A stretch of 63,920 nt of DNA from Patescibacteria group bacterium UBA1396 (GTDB lineage: Bacteria > Patescibacteriota > Microgenomatia > UBA1400 > UBA1396), in assembly GCA_002305195.1 (NCBI GenBank), contig DBQK01000009.1:61575-125494 (forward strand). Reading direction: 5' to 3'. The notes under the pieces are model-generated. The model had not been told where the DNA came from. It ran no database searches and saw only the letters and a program-made list of their open reading frames with translations. Positions 50,190-59,676 of the stretch are shown one piece after another. A program made the translations under genes and the position numbers. Positions within the stretch are counted from its first letter, which is position 1, and every line of letters begins with the position of its first letter.

Positions 50190-51674
50190 ATGTTTAAATC
50201 AAATTTTTTTTCTATACTCTGGTCCTGGCTGGTGGGTTTTTGCCAGCAGTATAAAGTGCGGCTGGCAGTATTTTTTCTCTTCTCGTTAAGTCTTTTTTTT
50301 TGGTTCAGACTATATCGAATAACTACATCAATTCAGTTCTATAATGATATTGGTCGTGACTTCTGGGAGCTTTTAAACTGGTACCAAACAGGCAAGCCTC
50401 CTTTGTTGGGTCCACAAACCAGCGCCCTACCCTTCAATCAAAGTGCAATTTATTTCTACTTACTTTTTCCTGGATATGTATTAAGTGGTCAATCGGCTTA
50501 CTCCACTATTTACACTGGATTGTTTGTCTACGTTTTGAGTTTTTTAATTGGTTGGCGCTGGCTTAAAAACAACAAGGACAAATGGATTTTGGGGCTTATT
50601 TTTCTTTTCACGACTGTTCACCCTCAAGTTGTAATTCAGAATCGATATGTTTGGAATCCAACTTTTGTTCTGCCTAGCTTAGTAGCGGCAGTTTTTATTT
50701 GGCTATCGCTTATTGATAGGTGGTCATCTAAGAAACTGCTGGCCTGGTCTTTTTTTAGTGCTTTAGCAACTGCCTTTTCTTATTCAGCGGCTCCCTTGGT
50801 TTTATCGATGTTGGCTTTAACTCCCTGGCTCAAAATAATTAGTTGGAAAAAGTTTTTTAAATATCAAATACCCTTTTTCATTTTGTCATTGGTCGCTGTT
50901 AATTTGCCAACCATTGTCTTTGAGATTCGACACCAGTTTTTACTTACTAAGATGTTGCTGTTTCAGCCAAAAACCGAGCATTTAGGTACTGAGCTAACTA
51001 CAAAAATTTCCGCTTTAGCAAATTATGTATTTAGCACTTCCTCTTGGTTGGCAGTTGTTGTTTTGGTCTTCTTACTTGTTTTAGCAATTAGAGCATATTG
51101 TCAGTATCGATCAAATCGCCAATATAATTTTGCAAAAAAAGTTTTTGTAATTCTGGCTTTAACAGTTATTTCTTTAACCCTTACTTTTTTAGCACCGGTG
51201 CCGATTCACCCTCATTACGTCTTTGGTGCCTTAACTGTACTTTTGTTTTTAGTAGCACTTTTACCTAAGAAAGTGGGTGTAATTATTTTAATTATTGCTT
51301 CTGTTTATTGGTTACAACCAAAATTTACTGATCAATATTTTGAACCAGTCGGTAGGTCACCCTCTGATTTGCTGGCTTGTTATACAGATTTTTGTGATAA
51401 ATATCAGCAACCTATTTATGTTAGTGTGCAATCGAGTTTACACCCCTATCATAATGGGCCTGAGCATCGTTACTTTATGAAATTTTCTGGTTGTGATGTC
51501 AAGGAGATTGAAAAGTTTGAGCCAGCCGAACTGATGGCGGTTGTTTTGGAAGAGGGAGACTACCAACACGGTTCAACTAGTTATTATGAACTATCTTTAT
51601 TTGGTGAGTCTATTGAACTGGAGCGGTACACTTGTTTACCTGAAGTTTTGGAAGTAGTAGTTTTGTCCAAGTAA
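50190..51674 (+). CDS. ArnT/PMT-like GT-C membrane glycosyltransferase
   Basis: YNDIGRD loop after TM1, PLLGP, WNP; many TM segments. Confidence 0.75.
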   Translation: MFKSNFFSILWSWLVGFCQQYKVRLAVFFLFSLSLFFWFRLYRITTSIQFYNDIGRDFWELLNWYQTGKPPLLGPQTSALPFNQSAIYFYLLFPGYVLSGQSAYSTIYTGLFVYVLSFLIGWRWLKNNKDKWILGLIFLFTTVHPQVVIQNRYVWNPTFVLPSLVAAVFIWLSLIDRWSSKKLLAWSFFSALATAFSYSAAPLVLSMLALTPWLKIISWKKFFKYQIPFFILSLVAVNLPTIVFEIRHQFLLTKMLLFQPKTEHLGTELTTKISALANYVFSTSSWLAVVVLVFLLVLAIRAYCQYRSNRQYNFAKKVFVILALTVISLTLTFLAPVPIHPHYVFGALTVLLFLVALLPKKVGVIILIIASVYWLQPKFTDQYFEPVGRSPSDLLACYTDFCDKYQQPIYVSVQSSLHPYHNGPEHRYFMKFSGCDVKEIEKFEPAELMAVVLEEGDYQHGSTSYYELSLFGESIELERYTCLPEVLEVVVLSK

Positions 51675-51754
51675 ATTAGCATCTATTATGGTGGTTAAAA
51701 AATAGACAATAAGTTATCAGCAATATTTTGCTGAATTTTGCCAATTTTCAATTT

Positions 51755-53599
51755 TTACTTGCTGGAGTTAATTAATTCATTAATGTGACGTCTATTTCCC
51801 TCAAAATCACCATCCGCCAACACTCTATTAGCTAGAAATAGCCAGTTCAGAGCATTGGTTGGTGTTAGCAAATCTTTGCGAGCTAATTTTCTAGCCTGTT
51901 GTGACATCTTTTGATATAAATTTTTATCTGATAGGAGTGAGTGAAGATGTCTGGCTACCTGAGTTGTGTCGCCCACTTTATCAACTAAAAAGCCACTTTT
52001 ATTATGTTCAATTTGGAGAGGAATACCGCCAGCTCTATAAGCTATAACTGGTCTGCCCTTCATTAGGGCTTCGGTTACCTTAAACTCAAATCCCTCTTTA
52101 TGAGATAGTTGCAGAACAATTTTACTTTTTCTAACCAGGGTATTGGAGAGCTGATCAATATGCGGCAGCCTAACCACTTTTATATCGTCAGTCAGATTGG
52201 GATAGTTTTCGTGAATAAGATTAAGAGTAAGGTTGTAGATCGGGATTCCATCTGGGTCATCTACCGAACTATGCCCCACAATCACCAGTTGTGGTCGCTG
52301 TGGATCGTCAATGGTATACGCCTTCATTAAATGTGAGAAAGCCTCGATGGTATCCGGAATGCCTTTGGAAGGATCAAAGCGAGCATTTTGAATAATATAT
52401 GGTCTTTTTAAATCCAAGGGCGTTTGGTTGCTTTCGAGCAGTAATTTATTAAACAATTTCAAGTAATAATTCATTTGTCCACTTGTTAGCGACTTGTTGA
52501 GTCCGTCCAAAGGATCGGTGGTTGGCGGCATTAGCACGGTTTTTTCCTCTGGTATTTGTTTGGGGATAAATTCTTCTACGGGATGTGAAATAAATAGATC
52601 GCAATTTTTAATATTATTCCAAATAAAATCCCAAGTTTTAGCTTGGGCGGTTCCTGACTTGTTTGTTAGGTGAGATTCAATTTGGATATGAGATCGATAG
52701 ATAATTTTGGCTTTAGGGTTAATATTTTTTATGAACGGAACTAAACCTGATGGCTGTGGATCGTCAATAACAATGACATCACTGGTCTTAAAAACCGGAC
52801 TGAAAATTTCGGCATTATCCTTGATCCAGCCTCGGTAAATCTCCTTGTCCTTATTTGACAGCTGGATATTTTTATTGGCAACCGCTTGCAAAATGTTGTG
52901 GAATTTTGTTTTGGTTACTTGGAAAGCTTCTGGGGATTCTGTTAGCACATACCAGTTAGCCTTTACTCCCATTAATCGATAAAGCCTAATAAGAGCATGC
53001 CTCATAATTGATACTCCCCCACCCTGAGGTGTAGCGCTAATGAAACTAATAGTTTTGCCTCTAAATTGCTTTACCTCTTTAAGAAGTTTTCTGAAAGTTG
53101 AACTAGGTGTTTTTCTTTTATAATCAGCCAGGGTTACCAACCAAGCTGGGTTAAGTAAACGATTTTTTGCAATATCTATCTTAACTACACCATTGTCCTG
53201 AAAAGATTGTTGAGCAACTCTAGCTAACTTTTGAACATCACTTTGACAATTAGTTTGTTTGCGTTGACTGGCGATAGGAACAATATCATCAGACAACCAA
53301 AGCTTAGACATAATTTGATCGTCTGCTTGTGGTTGATTAAAAGCACAGGCTAAAAACTTTAGGTTATGACCTTTAGAATGACGCCTGAAGCGACTGTGAA
53401 TGAAGCTATTGGTGTTTTCAGGAGAAAAATGGTACTGGTGGTGGCTTTGATGAACGGCGCTGTTTTCAGACAAATAGAATCGCTTATGGTTAAAACAGAT
53501 ACCGGCAAAAGCTGAGATTGGAAGGTCTAGCTGATCAATTTGTTGGCGAATTTTTACTAGTTGTTCAGTTACTTGAGCAGTGCTCTGCCTCATAATCAT
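51755..53599 (-). CDS. GT4 trehalose synthase/phosphorylase, fungal-like
   Basis: SATPQGGGVSIMRHAL, TKTKFHNILQ, IDDPQP, IYRSHI, ARFDPSKG, EGFEFKVTEAL. Confidence 0.85.
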   Translation of the reverse strand: MIMRQSTAQVTEQLVKIRQQIDQLDLPISAFAGICFNHKRFYLSENSAVHQSHHQYHFSPENTNSFIHSRFRRHSKGHNLKFLACAFNQPQADDQIMSKLWLSDDIVPIASQRKQTNCQSDVQKLARVAQQSFQDNGVVKIDIAKNRLLNPAWLVTLADYKRKTPSSTFRKLLKEVKQFRGKTISFISATPQGGGVSIMRHALIRLYRLMGVKANWYVLTESPEAFQVTKTKFHNILQAVANKNIQLSNKDKEIYRGWIKDNAEIFSPVFKTSDVIVIDDPQPSGLVPFIKNINPKAKIIYRSHIQIESHLTNKSGTAQAKTWDFIWNNIKNCDLFISHPVEEFIPKQIPEEKTVLMPPTTDPLDGLNKSLTSGQMNYYLKLFNKLLLESNQTPLDLKRPYIIQNARFDPSKGIPDTIEAFSHLMKAYTIDDPQRPQLVIVGHSSVDDPDGIPIYNLTLNLIHENYPNLTDDIKVVRLPHIDQLSNTLVRKSKIVLQLSHKEGFEFKVTEALMKGRPVIAYRAGGIPLQIEHNKSGFLVDKVGDTTQVARHLHSLLSDKNLYQKMSQQARKLARKDLLTPTNALNWLFLANRVLADGDFEGNRRHINELINSSK

Positions 53600-53922
53600 C
53601 GCTTGTTCTCCTCAGCTTTGGTTAGCCAGACTTTGGTGCACTGTAAAAAATTTAGTAATAAATTGTCAAGTGATTGGTAAGTAGAATGAAAGTTTGCTGG
53701 CGTTTCTATATCAAATTAGTAAATAGCTAAAAAGATTGGTAAAAAATATAATTTAGCACTTGTAATTTGAAAAAACCTGTTATAATAATCCCTCAAAAGT
53801 TTCACTACTGAATAGATAACTGATGGGTTTACTTTAAATACTTTTCAAGTTTTGATTTCGGCAGTTAGTCAGTTAACTAGGTCATCGGTGAAGCGGAAAA
53901 AAGAAAGAGGGAGTAAACCCAT

Positions 53923-54306
53923 ATGTCAGTTAAGTTATTCGTGGGTAGTCTGTCGTGGGATACGACTGATGAATCACTATCGGCATTTTTTGCCAAAGTT
54001 GGTACGGTTGTATCGGCGACAGTTATAAAGGATAAATTCTCAGGTAGATCCAGAGGATTTGGTTTTGTGGAGATGAGCTCTGAAGAAGAAGCCAATCAAG
54101 CAATTGAACAGTTAAATGAGCAAGAGCTTGATGGTCGTGTCATCAAAGTAAACATTGCCAAGCCAAAAGAGGATCGTCCTCGTGGCGGCCAGGGCGGTTT
54201 TAACCGCGGTGGCGGCAGCGGTCGTGGCGGCAGCTGGCGTGATCGAGATAATAATCGATCCGGTGGTGGTCGTGGCAATCGTGGCGGTGGTCGTCGAGAC
54301 TACTAA
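53923..54306 (+). CDS. RRM RNA-binding protein with RGG tail
   Basis: KLFVGSL (RNP2), RGFGFVEM (RNP1), Gly/Arg-rich C-terminus. Confidence 0.95.
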   Translation: MSVKLFVGSLSWDTTDESLSAFFAKVGTVVSATVIKDKFSGRSRGFGFVEMSSEEEANQAIEQLNEQELDGRVIKVNIAKPKEDRPRGGQGGFNRGGGSGRGGSWRDRDNNRSGGGRGNRGGGRRDY

Positions 54307-54346
54307 ACAAGCCTTTAAGTTTCAGCCATTAAGCTAGTTGAAATTG

Positions 54347-54379
54347 ATTAGGCGCCAGGGCTTTGCCCTGGCGCCTAAT
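54347..54379. terminator. 15 bp perfect hairpin after the RRM gene, probable terminator
   Basis: ATTAGGCGCCAGGGC-ttt-GCCCTGGCGCCTAAT; weak U-tract. Confidence 0.6.
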
Positions 54380-54437
54380 TTACATTGATTTAAATTGGTA
54401 TTTGACGGGCGATTAAAAATCGTTTACACCAATAGTT

Positions 54438-55442
54438 ATGAAAAAAAATCCGGCAAATCGCCAAAAAAAGTCAACAAATAATCTGGACTACGACCCTTTG
54501 GGTGGCTTAGTTTTTAAAGTTTCGCCGCACTTAGAAGAATTAGCCAAGCGTTCACCGGCAGTAAGAAGAGAGTTTTATCCCTCTGCTGAAGAAACTAGAC
54601 CCACCAGTCAATCCTTGGTTGATCCTCTTTTAGAAGATGCCCACGCTGTAACCAGGGGTTTGGTTCACAAATATCCCAGTCGCGTGTTGGTTTTGTTAAC
54701 AATGACTTGTGCGGCTTATTGTCGCTTTTGTACCAGAAGGCGAAGAGTTTCAGACATCGAAGCCGGTAACATAACACTTGAAGATATCGAGGCAATGGTT
54801 AGTTATTTAGAAAGTCATCAAGACATTAATGAGGTTATTTTTTCTGGTGGTGATCCTGTAACGGTACCTCGATTGTTAATAGCAGCCATTAACAAGATTA
54901 AAAAACTTCCGCAGATCAAGATTATCAGGGTTCATACTCGAACTCCGGTGGCTAATCCAACCTTGATTACGCCCCAACTTTTAAAAACTTTTCGCTCGAT
55001 TACCAAACAAGCTCTTTATGTTTCTATTCATTTCGAACATCCTGATGAGCTGACGCCAATTACCAGAAAAACCGTCAAAGCAATCAAGGATACCGGTGCC
55101 ATCTTGTTATCTCAATCGGTTTTTCTTAAGGGAATCAATGATGATGTGGAGGTTTTGTATAACTTGTTTTCTGAACTGCCGATGCTAGGTGTTCGTCCCT
55201 ATTATATTTATCGCTGCGATCCCACGATTGGTGTGGAACATTTTATGGTGTCTTTTAAAAAGGAAGTTGCTATTATGACCGAGCTAAGAAAAAGACTTTC
55301 TGGTATTGCTTATCCAACTTATGTTATCGATGCTCCAAATGGATCAGGGAAAATTCCGGTACCACTAGAATTTTGGGAATTTAAACGGACAAACCACACT
55401 GATTTTTTAGATAAGAACATAAAAATTGTTGGTCCTAAATAA
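54438..55442 (+). CDS. epmB: KamA/EpmB radical-SAM lysine 2,3-aminomutase
   Basis: HKYPSR, CAAYCRFC, SGGDP, HFEHPDEL, QSVFLKGIND; 334 aa EpmB-like length; epmA and efp are in the same window. Confidence 0.8.
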   Translation: MKKNPANRQKKSTNNLDYDPLGGLVFKVSPHLEELAKRSPAVRREFYPSAEETRPTSQSLVDPLLEDAHAVTRGLVHKYPSRVLVLLTMTCAAYCRFCTRRRRVSDIEAGNITLEDIEAMVSYLESHQDINEVIFSGGDPVTVPRLLIAAINKIKKLPQIKIIRVHTRTPVANPTLITPQLLKTFRSITKQALYVSIHFEHPDELTPITRKTVKAIKDTGAILLSQSVFLKGINDDVEVLYNLFSELPMLGVRPYYIYRCDPTIGVEHFMVSFKKEVAIMTELRKRLSGIAYPTYVIDAPNGSGKIPVPLEFWEFKRTNHTDFLDKNIKIVGPK

Positions 55443-55467
55443 AATCAATTCTAGTAGTTTCAAGTTT

Positions 55468-55614
55468 TTACTTAACCAAGAAATACCAGGCAAGTAACAA
55501 TGTGGAAATAGCTACTAACAGTAGCCAAGCAGTCATATTCCAGCTTACTATTGCTGTGAGAAATAAAATTGAGATGGACAAGGTGGTAATAATTTGATCT
55601 TTATGTTTGTTCAC
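55468..55614 (-). CDS. 48 aa two-TM small protein (below ORF-track cutoff)
   Basis: AAGGAG SD then GTG; MNKHKDQIITTLSISILFLTAIVSWNMTAWLLLVAISTLLLAWYFLVK. Confidence 0.6.
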   Translation of the reverse strand: MNKHKDQIITTLSISILFLTAIVSWNMTAWLLLVAISTLLLAWYFLVK

Positions 55615-55815
55615 AGCTCTCCTTCTTGTCTTGATAAGTTAACCAATAATTGTTTTGTTGTAATGTTTATTGTGATTTATAAAGTATTTGCGCGCAAGCA
55701 TTGTTTTTATTGTCAGTGATGAACCGCTAAATTCAAAAGTTCAAAAAATGTAATAATTTGTTAGAAACTGATATGCATTTATAGAAAAATGTAAGTACTT
55801 CGATACAATCTGATA

Positions 55816-57003
55816 CTAAAATATAAGCCTGATAATTTTATCATCTTCTTCGTCTGGATTGCCTCTACCATCTTGATTGCTGGTTGAGATATACAAACTA
55901 TTATTTGGACCAGCCACAACTTCTCGAATTCGGCCGAATTCGCGTTGGAAGTGATTGGTAATAGACAAATCATCTAATTTTACTTGGTAAAGAGTTTGCC
56001 CTCGCAAGCCACCAAAAAATACTGATCCATCTAGGTAAGCTAAACCAGAGGGTGCCCAAGTTGTGCTTGATCCCGAGTGAAGCTTGGGCGCTAACATCTG
56101 CTCTGTTTGTTCATCTCCTTGAATCGACGGCCAGCCGTAGTTGCTCCCGTTTTTAATTAGATTTAACTCATCAAAACCTGATTGAATACCTGATCTTCCG
56201 TGCTCGGTTGCCCACAATCTGCCCTGCTCATCCCATGCCAAACCCTGAACGTTTCGATGGCCGTAGGAATAAACTCGATTATCAAGTGCATTACCTGGAG
56301 CCGGTTCTCCACTTGATGTGACTCGCAAAATTTTTCCAGCCAGAGAATCTGTGTCTTGAGCCAAATCTGCTTGCCCTGCATCGCCAGTGCCAATGTATAA
56401 GTAATTGTCTGGACCGAATTTTATTCGACCTCCATTATGGTTGTTTGAGCCTGGTATCTTGTCGACCACAATCTGCTCATTTGTCAGAGCATTGTCAGCT
56501 AAAAGAAATTTAGAAACCCGATTAAAGACATTGCTATTTTCTCTATAGGTATAGTAAAGATAAACTTGATTATTGGTGAGGAAGTTAGGATCTAAAGCAA
56601 TGCCTAACAGACCACCTTCGCCAATTTCTTCAGTTTGACTGATCTGGACAAGTTGAATACTTACCGATGCTCCTTCTGTTGTAATAAGTTTTACCCTCCC
56701 AGGTCGCTCGGTAACCAACAAATTACCATTTGGAAGAACAGATATTCCCCAAGGAGTATCAAGATTAGAGGCAATAATTGTGGGGGTGTTAGGGTTGTCA
56801 TTAGTTGGACTGGCACCATTGGTACCAACTGCCGATGATGACAACCTATCTTGATTGCTCTTATTGTATTGTTGTTCAGTTGTGCTAATTGGTTGTTTAA
56901 TTAACTCTGTTCGATTTAACCAAACCCCTATACCCGCTAGACCAAGTAATAAAACAACAATTAGCAAACGTTTCATATCAGACCAATCAGACCGAAACAT
57001 CAT
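55816..57003 (-). CDS. PQQ-dependent glucose/sorbosone dehydrogenase family, membrane-anchored
   Basis: LVTERPG, GEGGLLG, HNGGRIKFGPD, LAGKILR, GHRNVQGL, NYGWP, FGRIR. Confidence 0.9.
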   Translation of the reverse strand: MMFRSDWSDMKRLLIVVLLLGLAGIGVWLNRTELIKQPISTTEQQYNKSNQDRLSSSAVGTNGASPTNDNPNTPTIIASNLDTPWGISVLPNGNLLVTERPGRVKLITTEGASVSIQLVQISQTEEIGEGGLLGIALDPNFLTNNQVYLYYTYRENSNVFNRVSKFLLADNALTNEQIVVDKIPGSNNHNGGRIKFGPDNYLYIGTGDAGQADLAQDTDSLAGKILRVTSSGEPAPGNALDNRVYSYGHRNVQGLAWDEQGRLWATEHGRSGIQSGFDELNLIKNGSNYGWPSIQGDEQTEQMLAPKLHSGSSTTWAPSGLAYLDGSVFFGGLRGQTLYQVKLDDLSITNHFQREFGRIREVVAGPNNSLYISTSNQDGRGNPDEEDDKIIRLIF

Positions 57004-57157
57004 TAATTACTTTTGAATGTAAGTTAAAGGCTAATTTCTGGTTAGAAAATTGTATAAGTTTTTTCCAGCTTGGCACCGAGTTTTTTAGAGAAAGACAAAC
57101 AGGTTTAATAATATCGATTAAAAAGAAATCATAAAAGTACAGTTCAATATTTACAGC

Positions 57158-59050
57158 TTATGGCAAATCTTGTTTAGCTTCTGGAGTTGCTGCTTGCTGC
57201 AGTGACTGATAAAGATTAATGAAGTCAGATGATCTAGTTTGTTTAGCTAAATATTCTGCCATAGGCAGGGCGGTTCTAATTTCATCAGGCTCTTCTAAGC
57301 TGGACAGATAGACAAACCAAAGTGTTAAGTTATAGGGAAAATAATTAAGAGCCTCCTGTGTGAAGTTTTTAGCCTCGATAGTTGAGGTGTGCATTAATAA
57401 TTTGGCCTGGTTTTCATAGGCTAGATAATAATTTCCATTATCGATTGCCTTCTGGTAAGCCATTCGCGCTTCTTCATTATTACCCTGCTGTTCCATAATG
57501 GCCCCGTAATTATTCCAGTTCGTCCACCAATAAGGAGCAATATCAAGTGAGTGTTTAAACGCAGTCAAAGCTTCTTCTACTCTTCCCTCTCGATATAAGG
57601 CGACCCCATAATTATTGCTCAAATCAAAAGCGTCGGGATTATTTTTTATATCATTTTCATACAAAGTTAAACTATTTCTCCAAGTATTTATTCGATACTG
57701 ACTTCTTACACCAAGCAGGACAATGATTACAATTGCAAAAAGTGAGACTGCATATTTTCCTACTTTCCAGAAGTGATTGCGTTTCCAGCGATTGAATGTT
57801 AACAACTTACCAAATGCTAGACCTAGTAGGCTTAATAAACCCACCATAGAAAAGTAAAACCAGCGATCTGCCACGGTCATATCAAGTGGAAAAATATGTG
57901 AGTGAAGCAATAGTCCTAGAAGTAGCCAAGACAAACCAAACAAAAAACATCTTGATTGCCAGAGTTTAAATCTATAAATAACAAAGAGAAGCAAGATTGC
58001 GCCTGTCAAAATTATAATTAGAGGCTGCCAAAAATTTATCCAATCTAAACTGCCAACATGCCAATGTTGAGCAATAATTAGTTGTTGGGGCCAAAAAAAT
58101 GTGTGTAAATAAAACAAAATAATTTTTGGCAAACTTGCCAGTCTTTCGAGCAGTGATATTTGCGTAATGGGTGAGAGTCCGTGGCTGGCTAGATCTAAGC
58201 CAGCATAATAAAATCTCAAGAAAACATAAATTATTCCGATTACTACTGATAAAATTCCACCATAAATAAGTTCTGTTTCTCTAGCAATTTTTTTTGATTG
58301 CACAAACATTTTTTCGTTTGTCTGCAGCTTGAGTTTCTCCAAATGGGAAGATTTTGAAGCTGCCGGCCAAAAAATTGTTGCCAACCAAGTTAAGGGTACA
58401 AACAAGCCGCCGGTTTCTTTAGATAAAACGGCTAGTAACAAGAATGTGCCAGTTAAAAGATATCGCCAAAATGTTCTTGGCAACCTTAAGGCAGAATGTA
58501 AAGCAAGCATTCCCCAAAAAAATGATAAAACATCTTGCAAGCTGGCAATATAAGCCACCGCCTCAACGTTTTGTGGATGAACTAAAAAAATTAGAGTAAG
58601 CCACCAGCCAATTAATAACCATACCTTTCTTTTTTCAGATGGTGAAAAGTGTGAAATATTAGATGAGTAAATATTTTGATCAATGAGCCACTTTACTAGT
58701 GACCACAATAAGCAAGAATTAACAAGGTGAATTATTGTTTGATACAAATGAAAGAATTCAGCTCTTGGTCCAAAAATATTATATAAAACTGCATAGTTAA
58801 GCGTCATAACTGGCTTATAATACAAACCTCCACTAACTGATTTTCCTCCGGAGTTAAAGGTCGATCCGCCAAAAAAATCCGTCCAATTGGCCAGGCTGTG
58901 TACGGATTGATTTAAAACAATCTGCTCTTCGTCGTCCCAGACAAAATCGTTTTTAAAGGATGGCCAGTATACTATCAAACCAATAGCAAAAATAACAAAA
59001 TATGCCAAATACTTATTTTTGAGTAACCGAATCAAGAGACGCTTAATCAC
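57158..59050 (-). CDS. TMTC-like GT-C glycosyltransferase with C-terminal TPRs
   Basis: FVWDDEE, YYKP, HPQNVEAVAYI, SKET, ADRWFY, WRNSLTL, TPR tail. Confidence 0.85.
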   Translation of the reverse strand: MIKRLLIRLLKNKYLAYFVIFAIGLIVYWPSFKNDFVWDDEEQIVLNQSVHSLANWTDFFGGSTFNSGGKSVSGGLYYKPVMTLNYAVLYNIFGPRAEFFHLYQTIIHLVNSCLLWSLVKWLIDQNIYSSNISHFSPSEKRKVWLLIGWWLTLIFLVHPQNVEAVAYIASLQDVLSFFWGMLALHSALRLPRTFWRYLLTGTFLLLAVLSKETGGLFVPLTWLATIFWPAASKSSHLEKLKLQTNEKMFVQSKKIARETELIYGGILSVVIGIIYVFLRFYYAGLDLASHGLSPITQISLLERLASLPKIILFYLHTFFWPQQLIIAQHWHVGSLDWINFWQPLIIILTGAILLLFVIYRFKLWQSRCFLFGLSWLLLGLLLHSHIFPLDMTVADRWFYFSMVGLLSLLGLAFGKLLTFNRWKRNHFWKVGKYAVSLFAIVIIVLLGVRSQYRINTWRNSLTLYENDIKNNPDAFDLSNNYGVALYREGRVEEALTAFKHSLDIAPYWWTNWNNYGAIMEQQGNNEEARMAYQKAIDNGNYYLAYENQAKLLMHTSTIEAKNFTQEALNYFPYNLTLWFVYLSSLEEPDEIRTALPMAEYLAKQTRSSDFINLYQSLQQAATPEAKQDLP

Positions 59051-59141
59051 ATCTTGATACTAGGCTAAGTTGACTATTTTGCCAAGCTAAACATGAACAC
59101 TCAGCAATATATTTTTATGACTGGTGGGTGTATTAGATTTT

Positions 59142-59552
59142 TTACTTGGTAGGTACTAATGAAGAGTGATGATGAAATATCTGCCACTCACCGTCAATTA
59201 ATTGCCAGCCAAATGTAAACCTTGCGTGTACAACTTCACGCTGATCGTCAGGACCAACCTCAAAATCATAAAAACCGCTGTGAAGATATGCTTTATCGCT
59301 AAGATAATGAACGGACTCAGTAACCACGACACCTTCTGGGTTTTTAGCTAAAAAATGTTCAAAATAGTTTTCTGCTCCTTGATGTCCGTGGTGGAAATCA
59401 GGTGACAAGGTTGGTAAAAAAGAGTTGTTTGGTGTGTAAAGTCTGGCGACTTCTTCTGGATTTTTAGTTAATAGAGCATCATTCCAACGTTTAAAATTCT
59501 GCTTGGCCAAGGTTAGTAGAGTTTCTTGATTGTTTCTCAATTCAGTTGCCAT
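59142..59552 (-). CDS. CaMKII-association-domain/NTF2-fold protein, candidate iota-carbonic anhydrase
   Basis: RWNDAL, FLPTLS, YFEHFL, ARFTF, WQIFHHHSS; SD AGGAGG. Confidence 0.8.
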   Translation of the reverse strand: MATELRNNQETLLTLAKQNFKRWNDALLTKNPEEVARLYTPNNSFLPTLSPDFHHGHQGAENYFEHFLAKNPEGVVVTESVHYLSDKAYLHSGFYDFEVGPDDQREVVHARFTFGWQLIDGEWQIFHHHSSLVPTK

Positions 59553-59676
59553 TTGTCCTCCTAATTTTTTTTCAATTGTTTAACTCGAGTATTCTACGAC
59601 CCAGATAGCTGATTGTGAATAATTAATTCAGACAAGGTTTAAACAACACACTGATTATCTTAAGAAATAATTTCTA

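Noticed and set aside
53753-53761. TTAGCACTT as a second CIRCE
   Set aside because: No matching right arm 9 bp downstream
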